This document shows, one piece after another, positions 20,563 through 30,001 of a stretch of 64,000 nucleotides of DNA. This stretch comes from Candidatus Lustribacter sp. (GTDB taxonomy: Bacteria > Vulcanimicrobiota > Vulcanimicrobiia > Vulcanimicrobiales > Vulcanimicrobiaceae), in the NCBI GenBank assembly GCA_965277805.1, contig OZ255842.1:4576001-4640000 (forward strand). Reading direction: 5' to 3'. Below the pieces are notes generated by a model. It worked only from the letters and a program-made list of their open reading frames with translations, did not search any database and was not told the origin of the DNA. Within the stretch, counting starts at the first letter, position 1. Every line of letters starts with the position of its first letter. The translations under genes were made by a program, and so were the position numbers.

Positions 20563-21486
20563 ATGCTGCGCGTCGCGCTGTTGACGGCGTGCGCCGTCGT
20601 GTGCGGCCTCGTCGCCCCAGCGCAAGCGCAGACGCCAACGACGATCCGCATAGCGACCACGCCGATCGACTTGGGTGCTGAGGCGCTCTACGCGGCCGAT
20701 CTCGGGTTTTTCAAAAAAGCCGGGCTCGATGTCGAGTTGAATTTGCTGGCGAGCGGGAGCACCGTCGCGGCTTCCGTGGCCGGCGGGTCGATCGACATCG
20801 GGCAGTCCAACATCGTCGCGCTTGCCACCGCGCACGCGGCCGGATTACCGTTCGTCATCGTCGCACCGGCCGGCTATTACACGAGCGCCGGCCCGACGAC
20901 CGAACTCGTCACCGCGGCGAATTCCACGATCAGCGACGCCAAGGATCTCAACGGCAAGATCATCGCGGTGACCGCGCTCAAAGACCTGAACTGGGTCAGC
21001 ATTCAATCGTGGCTGACGCGCGGCGGCGCCGATCTCGCGTCGATCAAGTACGTCGAAGTGCAGCAGCCGACCGCATGCAACATGGTCACGTCGGGCCGCG
21101 CGGCGGCGGCGATCGTGTCGGAGCCGTATCTCAGTTATGCCTTACGCGACGGCGGCTGCAAAGTGCTCGCGCCGACGCACGATGCGATCGCGAAAACGTT
21201 TCTCGTAGGCGCCTGGTTCAGCACGAGCGCGTGGGCCCAGAGCCACGCCGACGCGATCCGCCGCTTTCGCGCGGTGATGGTGGAAACGGCGCGCTGGGCC
21301 GCCACGCACCACACCGAATCGGCCCGTATCCTCGAAAAATACACGCACCTCGCCGCCCCACCCGAAATGAAGCGAGTCCCCTTCGCCGAGCGCGCCGAAC
21401 CCGCGCAAATCCAACCCGTCCTCGACGCAGCCGCGCGCTTTGGTGTAATTGTACCCACGCCGGCGACGGAGCTGCTGTTCCCCTAA
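20563..21486 (+). CDS. ABC substrate-binding protein, NitT/TauT family
   Basis: GFFKKAGLDVEL, GGSIDIG, AKDLNGK, EPY. Confidence 0.85.
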   Translation: MLRVALLTACAVVCGLVAPAQAQTPTTIRIATTPIDLGAEALYAADLGFFKKAGLDVELNLLASGSTVAASVAGGSIDIGQSNIVALATAHAAGLPFVIVAPAGYYTSAGPTTELVTAANSTISDAKDLNGKIIAVTALKDLNWVSIQSWLTRGGADLASIKYVEVQQPTACNMVTSGRAAAAIVSEPYLSYALRDGGCKVLAPTHDAIAKTFLVGAWFSTSAWAQSHADAIRRFRAVMVETARWAATHHTESARILEKYTHLAAPPEMKRVPFAERAEPAQIQPVLDAAARFGVIVPTPATELLFP

Positions 21487-21548
21487 CCCCTCGTGACGGA
21501 GTGCTGTACCCCCAACCCCTTTCGCATGATGCCACGCCTTGCCGAGCG

Positions 21549-21725
21549 TTAGTCGTGGCCTAGGTGCCAGCCGTGTTTTTCGCAAGGGTAGGGGCGTAGG
21601 CCGGTGCTGGTGCGCGGGATCGCGCGTTCGGCGAGTTTTTTGGTGGTGAAGGCGGCTTTGGGTTTGCCGTTTTTGTTGTAGCACGTGCGCGTGCCGCCGG
21701 TTTTGCGTTCTTTCGCTTCGGCCAT
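21549..21725 (-). CDS. 58-aa basic protein with putative Cys/His metal site
   Basis: MAEAKERKTGGTRTCYNKNGKPKAAFTTKKLAERAIPRTSTGLRPYPCEKHGWHLGHD; ATG 2 nt after glcD-like stop. Confidence 0.7.
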   Translation of the reverse strand: MAEAKERKTGGTRTCYNKNGKPKAAFTTKKLAERAIPRTSTGLRPYPCEKHGWHLGHD

Positions 21726-21727
21726 GG

Positions 21728-23158
21728 TTAGAGGTGGAACGCGTCGGCGCCGCCGGGGTCGGGGAAGACCTTGCCGGGGTTCATGATGCCGTTGGGATCG
21801 ATCGCATCCTTGATGCGGCGCATCAGCGCGATGGCGTCGGCGCCGAGATCGAGTTCCATGAATTGCTTCTTCAGCAAACCGATACCGTGTTCGCCCGAGA
21901 GCGTGCCGCCGAGATCGATCGCGGCTTCGAAGATCTCGCGCGCCGCGCCGGTGACGCGCGTCATCTCTTCGGCGTTGCGCCGGTCGCACAGGATGTTCGG
22001 GTGGAGATTGCCGTCGCCGATGTGACCGAAGAGCGGGATCTCGAGCGCGTACTTCGTTGCGATCGCGCGCACGCGGCGTGCCATCTCCGGGATCGCGCTG
22101 CGCGGTACGGCGATGTCCTCGCCGAGTTTGTTCGGCCGGCGGCGCGCCAGCGACGGCGAGATCGCGCGGCGCGCGCTCCACATCTTCTCGGCCTCGATCG
22201 CGTTGGGCGCGATGCGGATCTCGCGCGCGCCGCCGGCGGTGGCGATTTCGCCGATGCGCGCGGTGTCCTCGATGACGACGCGTTCGTCGTTGCCGTCGGT
22301 GCCGAAGAGCAAGATCGCTTGCGCGTCGAGCGGTAAGCCGATCGGCGTGTTGTCCTCGATGCAGCGCGCCGTGGTGTCGTCGATCAGCTCGATCGACGTC
22401 GGCAGGACGCCCGATGCGAGCACCGCGTTCACGGTGTTCGTCGCATCGTCCATGCGATCGTAAATGGCCATCGCCGTGCGCGCATAGCGCGGCTTGCTCA
22501 ACAGTCGAACCGTGACCTCGGTGATCGTGCCCAACGTGCCTTCGGCGCCGCAGAAGAGCGCCCGCAAGTTATAGCCCGTGACGTTTTTCACCGAGCGTCC
22601 GCCCGTGCGGATCACTGTTCCGTCGGGGAGCACGACCTCGAGCGCGAGCACGTAGTCGACCGTTACGCCGTACTTCAGACACCGTGCGCCGCCGGCGTTT
22701 TCCGCCACGTTGCCGCCGATCGCGCTCTGCTTGAGCGACGAGGGGTCGGGCGGATAAAACAGTCCCTTGCGCTCGACCGCCGCTTGCAGGTTGGCGGTGA
22801 TCACGCCGGCCTGCGCGACGGCGACCCGGTCGATCTCATCGATGGTCACGATCTGGTTGAGGCGCGCGACCCCGAGCACGATGCTGCCCGCCAATGGAAC
22901 CGAGCCGCCCGAAAGCCCGCTGCCCATCGCTCGCGGCGTAATCGCGATTCGTTCCTGGTTGGCGTACCGATGGATGGCGGCGACCTCGGCCGTCGAGCCC
23001 GGCAGCACCACCAACGGCGGGGTATTGGCGAAAAACGTGCCGTCGAAGCCGTAGGCGATCACGTCTTCGCGCTCGGTCAGTACGTTCGCGTCGCCCACGA
23101 TCCCCGCCAGGACGTTACGCAGTGCTGCGACGTTTCCGGGGGACGTTTGGGCGTTCAT
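21728..23158 (-). CDS. glcD: FAD-linked oxidase, GlcD-like
   Basis: FYPPDPSS, GGNVAENAGG..LKYGVT, GHIGDGNLH, SGEHGIG, MNPGK. Confidence 0.85.
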   Translation of the reverse strand: MNAQTSPGNVAALRNVLAGIVGDANVLTEREDVIAYGFDGTFFANTPPLVVLPGSTAEVAAIHRYANQERIAITPRAMGSGLSGGSVPLAGSIVLGVARLNQIVTIDEIDRVAVAQAGVITANLQAAVERKGLFYPPDPSSLKQSAIGGNVAENAGGARCLKYGVTVDYVLALEVVLPDGTVIRTGGRSVKNVTGYNLRALFCGAEGTLGTITEVTVRLLSKPRYARTAMAIYDRMDDATNTVNAVLASGVLPTSIELIDDTTARCIEDNTPIGLPLDAQAILLFGTDGNDERVVIEDTARIGEIATAGGAREIRIAPNAIEAEKMWSARRAISPSLARRRPNKLGEDIAVPRSAIPEMARRVRAIATKYALEIPLFGHIGDGNLHPNILCDRRNAEEMTRVTGAAREIFEAAIDLGGTLSGEHGIGLLKKQFMELDLGADAIALMRRIKDAIDPNGIMNPGKVFPDPGGADAFHL

Positions 23159-23240
23159 CACGATGTAATATCTCCGGGCGGGGCGCGGGGCCTGCGGGCC
23201 GAAATTTCCCCGGCTTTTCACTTTCTGGAGGATCCCCAAC

Positions 23241-24236
23241 GTGAGTCAAACCCCCGTACGCGTCGCAGTCACCGGAGCGGCCGGTCAGATCGGCTACAGC
23301 CTGCTCTTCCGCATTGCCAGCGGAGCGATGCTCGGTGCGGACCAGCCCATCATCTTGCAGCTGCTCGAAATTCCCGATGAGAAGGTTCAAAAAGCCCTCG
23401 TCGGCGTGATGATGGAGTTGGACGACTGCGCGTTTCCGCTGCTGCACTCGATGGAAGCATCCAGCGATCCGAAGGTCGCCTTCAAGGATGCCGATTTTGC
23501 GCTGCTCGTCGGTTCGCGTCCGCGCGGTCCGGGCATGGAGCGCAACGATCTGCTCACCGCTAACGGCGCAATCTTTACCGCGCAAGGCGCGGCGCTCGAC
23601 GCGGTTGCTAAGCGCGACGTCAAGGTGCTCGTCGTCGGCAATCCGGCCAACACGAACTGCCTGATCGCGATGAAGAGCGCGCCGGGTCTCAGCCCGAAGA
23701 ACTTCACCGCGATGATGCGGCTGGATCACAACCGCACGATCGCGCAAGTCGCGCACAAGGCCGGCGCGGCGAACGCTGCGGTGACGAAGGTTACCGTGTG
23801 GGGCAATCACTCCACGACGCAATATCCGGATATCTCGAACGTCGAGATCGACGGGAAGCCGGCGACCGCGCTGATCAACGACATGACGTGGCGCAACAAC
23901 GAACTCGTGCCGACCGTGCAAAAACGCGGCGCGGCGATCATCGAAGCGCGGGGCCTCTCGTCGGCGGCATCGGCGGCGAATGCGGCGATCGATCACATGC
24001 GCGATTGGGTGAAGGGCACGCCGAAGAACGACTGGATCTCGATGGGGATTCCGTCGGACGGCAGCTACAACATTCCCGAAGGCGTGATGTTCGGCTATCC
24101 GGTGACCACCAGCAACGGCGCGATCTCGATCGTGCAGGGCCTGAAGATCGACGATGCCGGCCGCGCGCGGCTCGACGCCACGCATAAGGAACTGCTCGAA
24201 GAAAAGGCCGCCGTCGCGCACTTGCTGCCGAAGTAA
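23241..24236 (+). CDS. mdh: malate dehydrogenase
   Basis: [41 protein letters not shown]. Confidence 0.97.
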   Translation: MSQTPVRVAVTGAAGQIGYSLLFRIASGAMLGADQPIILQLLEIPDEKVQKALVGVMMELDDCAFPLLHSMEASSDPKVAFKDADFALLVGSRPRGPGMERNDLLTANGAIFTAQGAALDAVAKRDVKVLVVGNPANTNCLIAMKSAPGLSPKNFTAMMRLDHNRTIAQVAHKAGAANAAVTKVTVWGNHSTTQYPDISNVEIDGKPATALINDMTWRNNELVPTVQKRGAAIIEARGLSSAASAANAAIDHMRDWVKGTPKNDWISMGIPSDGSYNIPEGVMFGYPVTTSNGAISIVQGLKIDDAGRARLDATHKELLEEKAAVAHLLPK

Positions 24237-24239
24237 GGG

Positions 24240-25508
24240 GTGAGCGCATACGAGTTGCTCGCTGCCGCGCAGCAACTCGTGCCCTCGCTCGGCGATCACG
24301 CGCGGATTCCGGGCTCGCTGCCGGATGTGTCCGCGTTCGATGCGGCATGGGCCTTGCTGCAAGAAGCCGTGTCGCTCGATCCGAGCAACGCCGCGGTGCA
24401 TGCGGCACGCGGTAACCTGCTGTTGCGCCGCGGCAAGACCGACGCGGCGCAACGCTCCTACGCGCTGGCGGCGCGATTCGATCCCTACGACGCGCCCTCG
24501 CGCGTCGTGCTGGGCGAACTCGCCTATATGGCGGACGACGAACCGGCCGCGCAAGCATGGTTCGATGCGGCATTCGCGTTACGCCGGCTCTATTCGCCCG
24601 TCACGCTGCCGGGGGCGCGTTCGGCGCTGGTGTTATGCGTCGCCGGACCGTGGCATCGGAACGTGCCGCTGGATTTCGTCGTCGATGCGGAGCAATGGAC
24701 GATGCATCGCTGGTACTTGCCGGATGCGGCGTTCGATCGCGGCGGCGTGGAGCTGCCCGAATACGACGTGGTGGTGAACGCGATCGGTGAGAGCGTCGCG
24801 GCGCAGCCGGCGCTCGAGGCCGCGCAGCGATTCATCGCGGCGCAGGCGAAGCCGTCGATCAACGATCCGCGCAGGATCGCCGGTACGGCGCGCGACCGGC
24901 TCGCAGCAACGCTTGCCGGCATCCCCGGCTGCAGCACGGGTGCGGTGCGGCGTGTGACGCGCGATGCGTTGCTGCAGATCGCGGATGGTTTTCCGCTCGT
25001 GGTGCGGCCGAGCGACGCGCACGGTGGACGCGGCCTCGAGCGCGTTGACGATGCGGCCGCCGTTGCGGCCTATGCGGCGCGCGTACCGGCTGCTACGTAC
25101 GACGTGGGCGCCTTCGTCGACTTCCGCAGTCCGGACGGATTCTACCGGAAGTACCGCGTGATGTTCGTGGGCGGTGTGCCGTTTGCGTATCATCTCGCGC
25201 TCGATGAGTCGTGGATGATCCATTACCACCGGGCCCCAATGGGCGCGCACGAATGGATGCGCGATGAGGAGCGGCGCTTTCTGCAAGCGCCGGGCGACGT
25301 GCTGCCCGGCTGGGAGACGACGCTGCGTGCTGCCGGTGCGGCCGTCGGCCTGGACTATTTCGGCATCGACTGCACGGTGCTGCGCGACGGCTCGCTGTTC
25401 GTGTTCGAGGCCGATGCCGCGATGCTCGTCCACGGGTTCGATCCCGATCCCGACAAGCGAGCCGCCTTCGAGCAGATCCGCGCCGCACTTGCCGCCCTGC
25501 TTGCTTGA
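24240..25508 (+). CDS. TPR plus ATP-grasp-like protein
   Basis: N-terminal TPR helices; FPLVVRP..HGGRG, DGFYRKYRV, GLDYFGID, VFEADA. Confidence 0.75.
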   Translation: MSAYELLAAAQQLVPSLGDHARIPGSLPDVSAFDAAWALLQEAVSLDPSNAAVHAARGNLLLRRGKTDAAQRSYALAARFDPYDAPSRVVLGELAYMADDEPAAQAWFDAAFALRRLYSPVTLPGARSALVLCVAGPWHRNVPLDFVVDAEQWTMHRWYLPDAAFDRGGVELPEYDVVVNAIGESVAAQPALEAAQRFIAAQAKPSINDPRRIAGTARDRLAATLAGIPGCSTGAVRRVTRDALLQIADGFPLVVRPSDAHGGRGLERVDDAAAVAAYAARVPAATYDVGAFVDFRSPDGFYRKYRVMFVGGVPFAYHLALDESWMIHYHRAPMGAHEWMRDEERRFLQAPGDVLPGWETTLRAAGAAVGLDYFGIDCTVLRDGSLFVFEADAAMLVHGFDPDPDKRAAFEQIRAALAALLA

Positions 25509-25546
25509 GCGCAACCTTTTGGTCCGGCCTGCGGCTATACGGACGT

Positions 25547-25807
25547 ATGGGACGCAAGACGAATATCGTGCTCTATCAGGCGGAGTGGTGCCCCTACTGC
25601 GTGCGCGTGCGGAAAAAGCTCACCGACCTGTTGCTGGATTATTCGATCGTCAACGAGCCGCATTCGCATGCCGAACGCACCGCGACGAAGGCGGCTTCGG
25701 GGCAGACGAGCATTCCCGTGCTCGTTGACGGCGACGTCGTGCTCGACGACGACGACGATATCATTCCCTATCTCGAAAAAACGTACGGCGCCGGCGTCCC
25801 AACGTAG
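25547..25807 (+). CDS. glutaredoxin/GST N-terminal domain protein
   Basis: LYQAEWCPYC, GQTSIPVLVDG. Confidence 0.88.
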   Translation: MGRKTNIVLYQAEWCPYCVRVRKKLTDLLLDYSIVNEPHSHAERTATKAASGQTSIPVLVDGDVVLDDDDDIIPYLEKTYGAGVPT

Positions 25808-25812
25808 GACGT

Positions 25813-27078
25813 TTACTGATACCAGATCTCGATCACGTACGTTTCCGCTTCGTTCACCGTTAGCGGGCTCAGCAGCGGACCGAGCACGAACGGGCTGAGG
25901 TTCGCCGGCGGTCCGCTGGCGTTCACGATTTCGGCGCTGCTGCACGAACCTTCGGGCGCGATGAGTCCGTAGTACGTTCCGTTCGGTGCGACGCCGGCGA
26001 TTACGGGCGTTACGCTGAACAGATTGCCGCCCGCAAAGCTCCACTCGAAGTTCGTGCCGATCCAGCCGCTGAACTCGGCGCTGTAGATCACGGCCTTCAC
26101 CGCGCCGCTGCCGCCGCTTTCGGCGGGCGGCGTGCAGCCGCTGGGCGCCTGGCCGCCCCAGTACTTGATGTTGACCGACGAACCGTCGCTGCCGCTCAGC
26201 GAGAACAACGCCTCGCCGCTCGGCGAACCCCACGTGATCGTACCGCCGTTGAGCGGAAACGCGGGCGCTGGGGTTGCGCCCACGGTTGCGATTTCGTTGA
26301 CGGCGCCTGCGTTGGTGACGATGACATCGGAGAGCATTCCCGACGCCGGCACTGTGGTTGGTATTTGCGTCGGCGCGCCCGAGTTCGCCGACCCCGTCGG
26401 TTCTGACGACGGTTCGGGTGTCGATATCGCGCTCGAGGTCGGTACGCCCGCCGGCTCAAAGAGCGAGTTCGCCACGACGGCGAGATAGCACGTCGTGTCT
26501 TGATCGAAGCAGGTTGCGAGCAACGTCGCCGCGCTCTCGCCGCCGGTCGGTGACGGCGCGTAGGTCGACTCGGTCGTCGTGCTCTCCGGCAAGCTGTAGG
26601 CGAAGACGGCGAAGTCGCCTTTCTGATCGCGCAGCTCAACGACGACCGACGATGCATTTGCAACGCCGGTCAGCGTGATGGTCGGCGCGGTCACGGTCGC
26701 GTTCGCACCGCTCGCGGTATCGGCGATATTCACGGCCCACTGCTCGAGCGCCGTCGCCGCCGAGGCAGTCTTGCGCCGTGCGGTGCTCTTGCGCCGAGCG
26801 GTCTGCGGTTCCGCCGGCACCGACGATGCTGCGATGTCGGCCGTCACGCCGGCGGGCAGGCCGGCCACCGTAAACGTCAGTTTGCCGCCGACGCCATTGT
26901 TCTCCGGAATGCACAGCGCAACGGTCCCGTTGGCGGGCAGCTCTTCGGGACACGCTGGTGCGCTCGCCGCCGGCACTGCCGATCCGGAACCGGCACTATG
27001 ACCGCCGCCGCCGCATCCGGCCACGATGCCCGCGGCCAGAACGAGAAGAGCGGCCCCGGGCAAGACGCGGCAATTCAT
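25813..27078 (-). CDS. hypothetical lipoprotein, Ser/Thr/Pro-rich
   Basis: Lipobox VAGCGGGG; beta-rich body. Confidence 0.75.
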   Translation of the reverse strand: MNCRVLPGAALLVLAAGIVAGCGGGGHSAGSGSAVPAASAPACPEELPANGTVALCIPENNGVGGKLTFTVAGLPAGVTADIAASSVPAEPQTARRKSTARRKTASAATALEQWAVNIADTASGANATVTAPTITLTGVANASSVVVELRDQKGDFAVFAYSLPESTTTESTYAPSPTGGESAATLLATCFDQDTTCYLAVVANSLFEPAGVPTSSAISTPEPSSEPTGSANSGAPTQIPTTVPASGMLSDVIVTNAGAVNEIATVGATPAPAFPLNGGTITWGSPSGEALFSLSGSDGSSVNIKYWGGQAPSGCTPPAESGGSGAVKAVIYSAEFSGWIGTNFEWSFAGGNLFSVTPVIAGVAPNGTYYGLIAPEGSCSSAEIVNASGPPANLSPFVLGPLLSPLTVNEAETYVIEIWYQ

Positions 27079-27110
27079 CCATGCCGCCTTCTACGGCGGC
27101 TCCGTCGTGC

Positions 27111-27494
27111 CTATGCTTTCTTGCGGACCGTCTTTTTGCGGGTGGTCTTTTTGCCGGTGGTCTTCTTGCGCGTCGTGGCGGCTTTCTTCGCCGACTTCTT
27201 GCGATCGGCGGCGGTGCGGCCGGTCTTCGGGCGTGTTCCGAGATCGGACGCTTTCGTTTCCGACATCTCCACGTCGTAGTGTTTGGCCGCTTTTTTGATG
27301 TTGGTGAACGCCAGCGCGCGCTCGTCGGCCGACACGCCCGTAACCTGATCGTAGCGCGCGATCGCGTTGCGAACGTGCTTGGCGTCGGTCATCGGTTCTT
27401 TGCGCTTTTTCGGATACGCGAAGACACTATCGGGCAGCCCTGCGCGGCTGGTGAGTTCGCCGTGCGCTTCGTGAGGTTTCCAGGTCGCTCTCAT
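27111..27494 (-). CDS. DUF6582-like protein with Lys-rich histone-like tail
   Basis: LPDSVFAYPKKRKEPMTDAKHVRNAIARYDQV; tail KKAATTRKKTTGKKTTRKK. Confidence 0.75.
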   Translation of the reverse strand: MRATWKPHEAHGELTSRAGLPDSVFAYPKKRKEPMTDAKHVRNAIARYDQVTGVSADERALAFTNIKKAAKHYDVEMSETKASDLGTRPKTGRTAADRKKSAKKAATTRKKTTGKKTTRKKTVRKKA

Positions 27495-27515
27495 GCCGGA
27501 ACGATACCCGGCGCG

Positions 27516-29066
27516 CTACTCCAGCGAAACGTGCACGGGGCCGGTGCTCGCGCGCTTTTTGGGCAGTACGAACACCAGCGGCAGCAGCACGATTGCGAGG
27601 ACGCCGAGCGCGAACTGGCAGTCGGCGAACGACATCACGCTGGCCTGCTGCAGAACGGTGCCGTAGAGCTGCCCGAGCGAACCGTGGCTGTGGAGAAAGC
27701 GTGCGACCGGCCCGTAGGCGGGCTGCACGAACTGCGCGAGGATCTCTTGGTGAAACGCGTTGCGCTGCGAGAGCAGCGTCACGAGGATCGCGGTCGAGAT
27801 CGAACCGCCGAGTTGCGTTGAGAGGCTCTGGAACGCGGCGGCTTTCGGGATCAACGCCGGCTTGAGGCCGTTGAGCATCGAGATCGAGATCGGGATGAAG
27901 AGCATCGCGAGCCCGATCCCGTTGATGATGTTCGGCAGCACCATCGTGCCGAAGTCGTTTTGCGACGTGGTGATGTTGGCGAACCAGAACTGCGAGAAGC
28001 CGACGAGCGCGAAGCCGATCAGCAACAGGATGCGCGTGTCGACTTTGCCGCCCGTTGCCAATCGTACCGCGAGCGGCGTGAAGAGCGCGATGAACGCCGC
28101 GCGCACGAAGATCAACTCGCCGCTGAGCATCGCGGTGAAGCCGAGGACGCCTTGCGTGTACTGCGGAAAGATGACGATGCCGGCGTAGAGCGTCGACCCG
28201 ATGGCGAACGCCAGTACCGAGCCGGCCGCGACTTGTTTGTAGCGCAGCACGCGCAGATCCACGACGGGGTTCTGCGTGCCGAAGAGTTCCCACGCGACGA
28301 ACGAGAGCAGCCCGAGGCCGCTGATGATTGCCACGGTGAGGATTCGCTGGTCGGAAAACCAGTCGTTCTGCTGGCCTTCACCGAGCACATATTGCAACGA
28401 GCCGAGGCCCACGATCAACAGCCCGAGGCCGACGAAATCCAGCGGCACGCGCCGCGCGTCGTTGGGATTCTTCAACCGCATCAGCATAACGGTGCCCGCG
28501 AAGATGCCCGGCACGAGGTTGATGAAGAACACCCAGTTCCACGAGTAGTTATCGGTGAGCCAGCCGCCGAGTGTCGGACCAACCGCCGGACCGACGATGG
28601 CGCCGATCGAGAAGAGCCCTTGGCTCAATCCGAACTTGCTCTTCGGGAACGTATCGCGCAGTACGGCTTGCGCCGTTGCGATCAAGCCGCCGCCGAACGA
28701 GCCCTGCACGATGCGCCAGAAGATCAGCTCTTGGATCGAGCCCGACGTTCCGCAGAGCATCGATGCGATCGTGAAGCCGATGATCGCGGTGGAATAGTAC
28801 TGCCGGCGCCCGAAACGGATTTGCAGCCACGGCGTGAGCGGGATGACGATGACGGCGGAAATGATGTAGCCGGTAACGACCCACGAACCTTCGTCGAGCG
28901 TCGCGCCGAGGTTGCCCTGAATGATCGGCAGCGCCACGTTCACGATCGTCGTGTCGAGCGTCTGCATCAACGTTGCGGCGATGATCGCCGTCGTCATCAG
29001 GACGAGCGAAAGCCCGCTCTCTATAGTCGGATACTGATTGCCCTCGCCGGGCCGTTGATCTGCCAT
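27516..29066 (-). CDS. DHA2 (EmrB/QacA) MFS efflux permease
   Basis: LDTTIVNVALP, WVVTGY, GPTLGGWLTDNYSWNWVFFINL, QLGGS. Confidence 0.93.
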   Translation of the reverse strand: MADQRPGEGNQYPTIESGLSLVLMTTAIIAATLMQTLDTTIVNVALPIIQGNLGATLDEGSWVVTGYIISAVIVIPLTPWLQIRFGRRQYYSTAIIGFTIASMLCGTSGSIQELIFWRIVQGSFGGGLIATAQAVLRDTFPKSKFGLSQGLFSIGAIVGPAVGPTLGGWLTDNYSWNWVFFINLVPGIFAGTVMLMRLKNPNDARRVPLDFVGLGLLIVGLGSLQYVLGEGQQNDWFSDQRILTVAIISGLGLLSFVAWELFGTQNPVVDLRVLRYKQVAAGSVLAFAIGSTLYAGIVIFPQYTQGVLGFTAMLSGELIFVRAAFIALFTPLAVRLATGGKVDTRILLLIGFALVGFSQFWFANITTSQNDFGTMVLPNIINGIGLAMLFIPISISMLNGLKPALIPKAAAFQSLSTQLGGSISTAILVTLLSQRNAFHQEILAQFVQPAYGPVARFLHSHGSLGQLYGTVLQQASVMSFADCQFALGVLAIVLLPLVFVLPKKRASTGPVHVSLE

Positions 29067-29158
29067 CCGGCACCTCCGCCGTAAGCGCCATTGTGGACTG
29101 CCCGCTCATTCGCCACAGCGACCGAAGTCGCTTCGGGCACTTGCATTTTGCGCGCGCC

Positions 29159-30001
29159 TTAGCGGAGCAGTGTCCAAAGTCCGGCGGCGATGGCGGCGCC
29201 GGTGAGGGTGGCGGCGAGGTTCACGGCGTCGTTGCTCATCCACGGCAGGCCGCGCCGGCGCACCGTTGCCGTCCCGCAGCCGTGCGGGTCGACCTCGCAC
29301 TCGCGCTGACAGGCCGGACACCAGCGGCGCTCTTGCAGCGTCGCGCCGAGCACGGAGTCGATCGTAGCGCCGCCGATTCCGCCGATGAAGACGGGCAGCA
29401 AGAGCCGGGTCAGGCCGTGCAGCGTGACCGGGGTGCCGGGCAGCGCGAGCAGCAGCGCAACTGGTGCCAGGACCGCGATCAGCACGGCGCCGGCGACTTC
29501 GGCCGCGCTGCCGGGCGCGCTGACGCCGCCGGAGAGTCCGGTCGCGAGCGGCTTGCCGGTCAGGATCGAGCGCGGCGGTTTCGCCGCCAACGTCCCGATC
29601 TCGGTGCCCCACGTGTCGGAAGTAGCCGCGGCGAGGGCGCCGGCAAACGCCGCGAACCAAGCCGACGTTACGATGGCGTGATCGCCGAATGCCCAAATGG
29701 CGATGCACACCGTCGCCACCCCGCCGTTGGCGAGCACCTGCCACGCATCGCGCGCGCCGCCTTTACCGATATCGACGAGTTGGCGTTTGCGCTTCTTGCC
29801 CGCGCGCGAGAGCGCGACCGACGAAACGAAAAACGCCAGTAGCAAGAGCGCGCTGCCGATCGTGCCGGCGGCAAACGTGACGGCACCGACGATGAACGCG
29901 GCCAGCGCGCCGCTGCGCGTGAGCGCGTGCGAACGCAGCGCAGCCAACGCGATGAGCGCGGCAACGAGGGTGCCGCTGATCAGCGCCTCGGCCCCGCTCA
30001 G
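29159..30001 (-). CDS. DUF92/TMEM19 family membrane protein
   Basis: KGGARDAWQVLANG, SDTWGTEIG, GLSGGVS, DSVLGATLQ, NDAVN; start probably CTG 30001 (else TTG 29947). Confidence 0.88.
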   Translation of the reverse strand: MSGAEALISGTLVAALIALAALRSHALTRSGALAAFIVGAVTFAAGTIGSALLLLAFFVSSVALSRAGKKRKRQLVDIGKGGARDAWQVLANGGVATVCIAIWAFGDHAIVTSAWFAAFAGALAAATSDTWGTEIGTLAAKPPRSILTGKPLATGLSGGVSAPGSAAEVAGAVLIAVLAPVALLLALPGTPVTLHGLTRLLLPVFIGGIGGATIDSVLGATLQERRWCPACQRECEVDPHGCGTATVRRRGLPWMSNDAVNLAATLTGAAIAAGLWTLLR

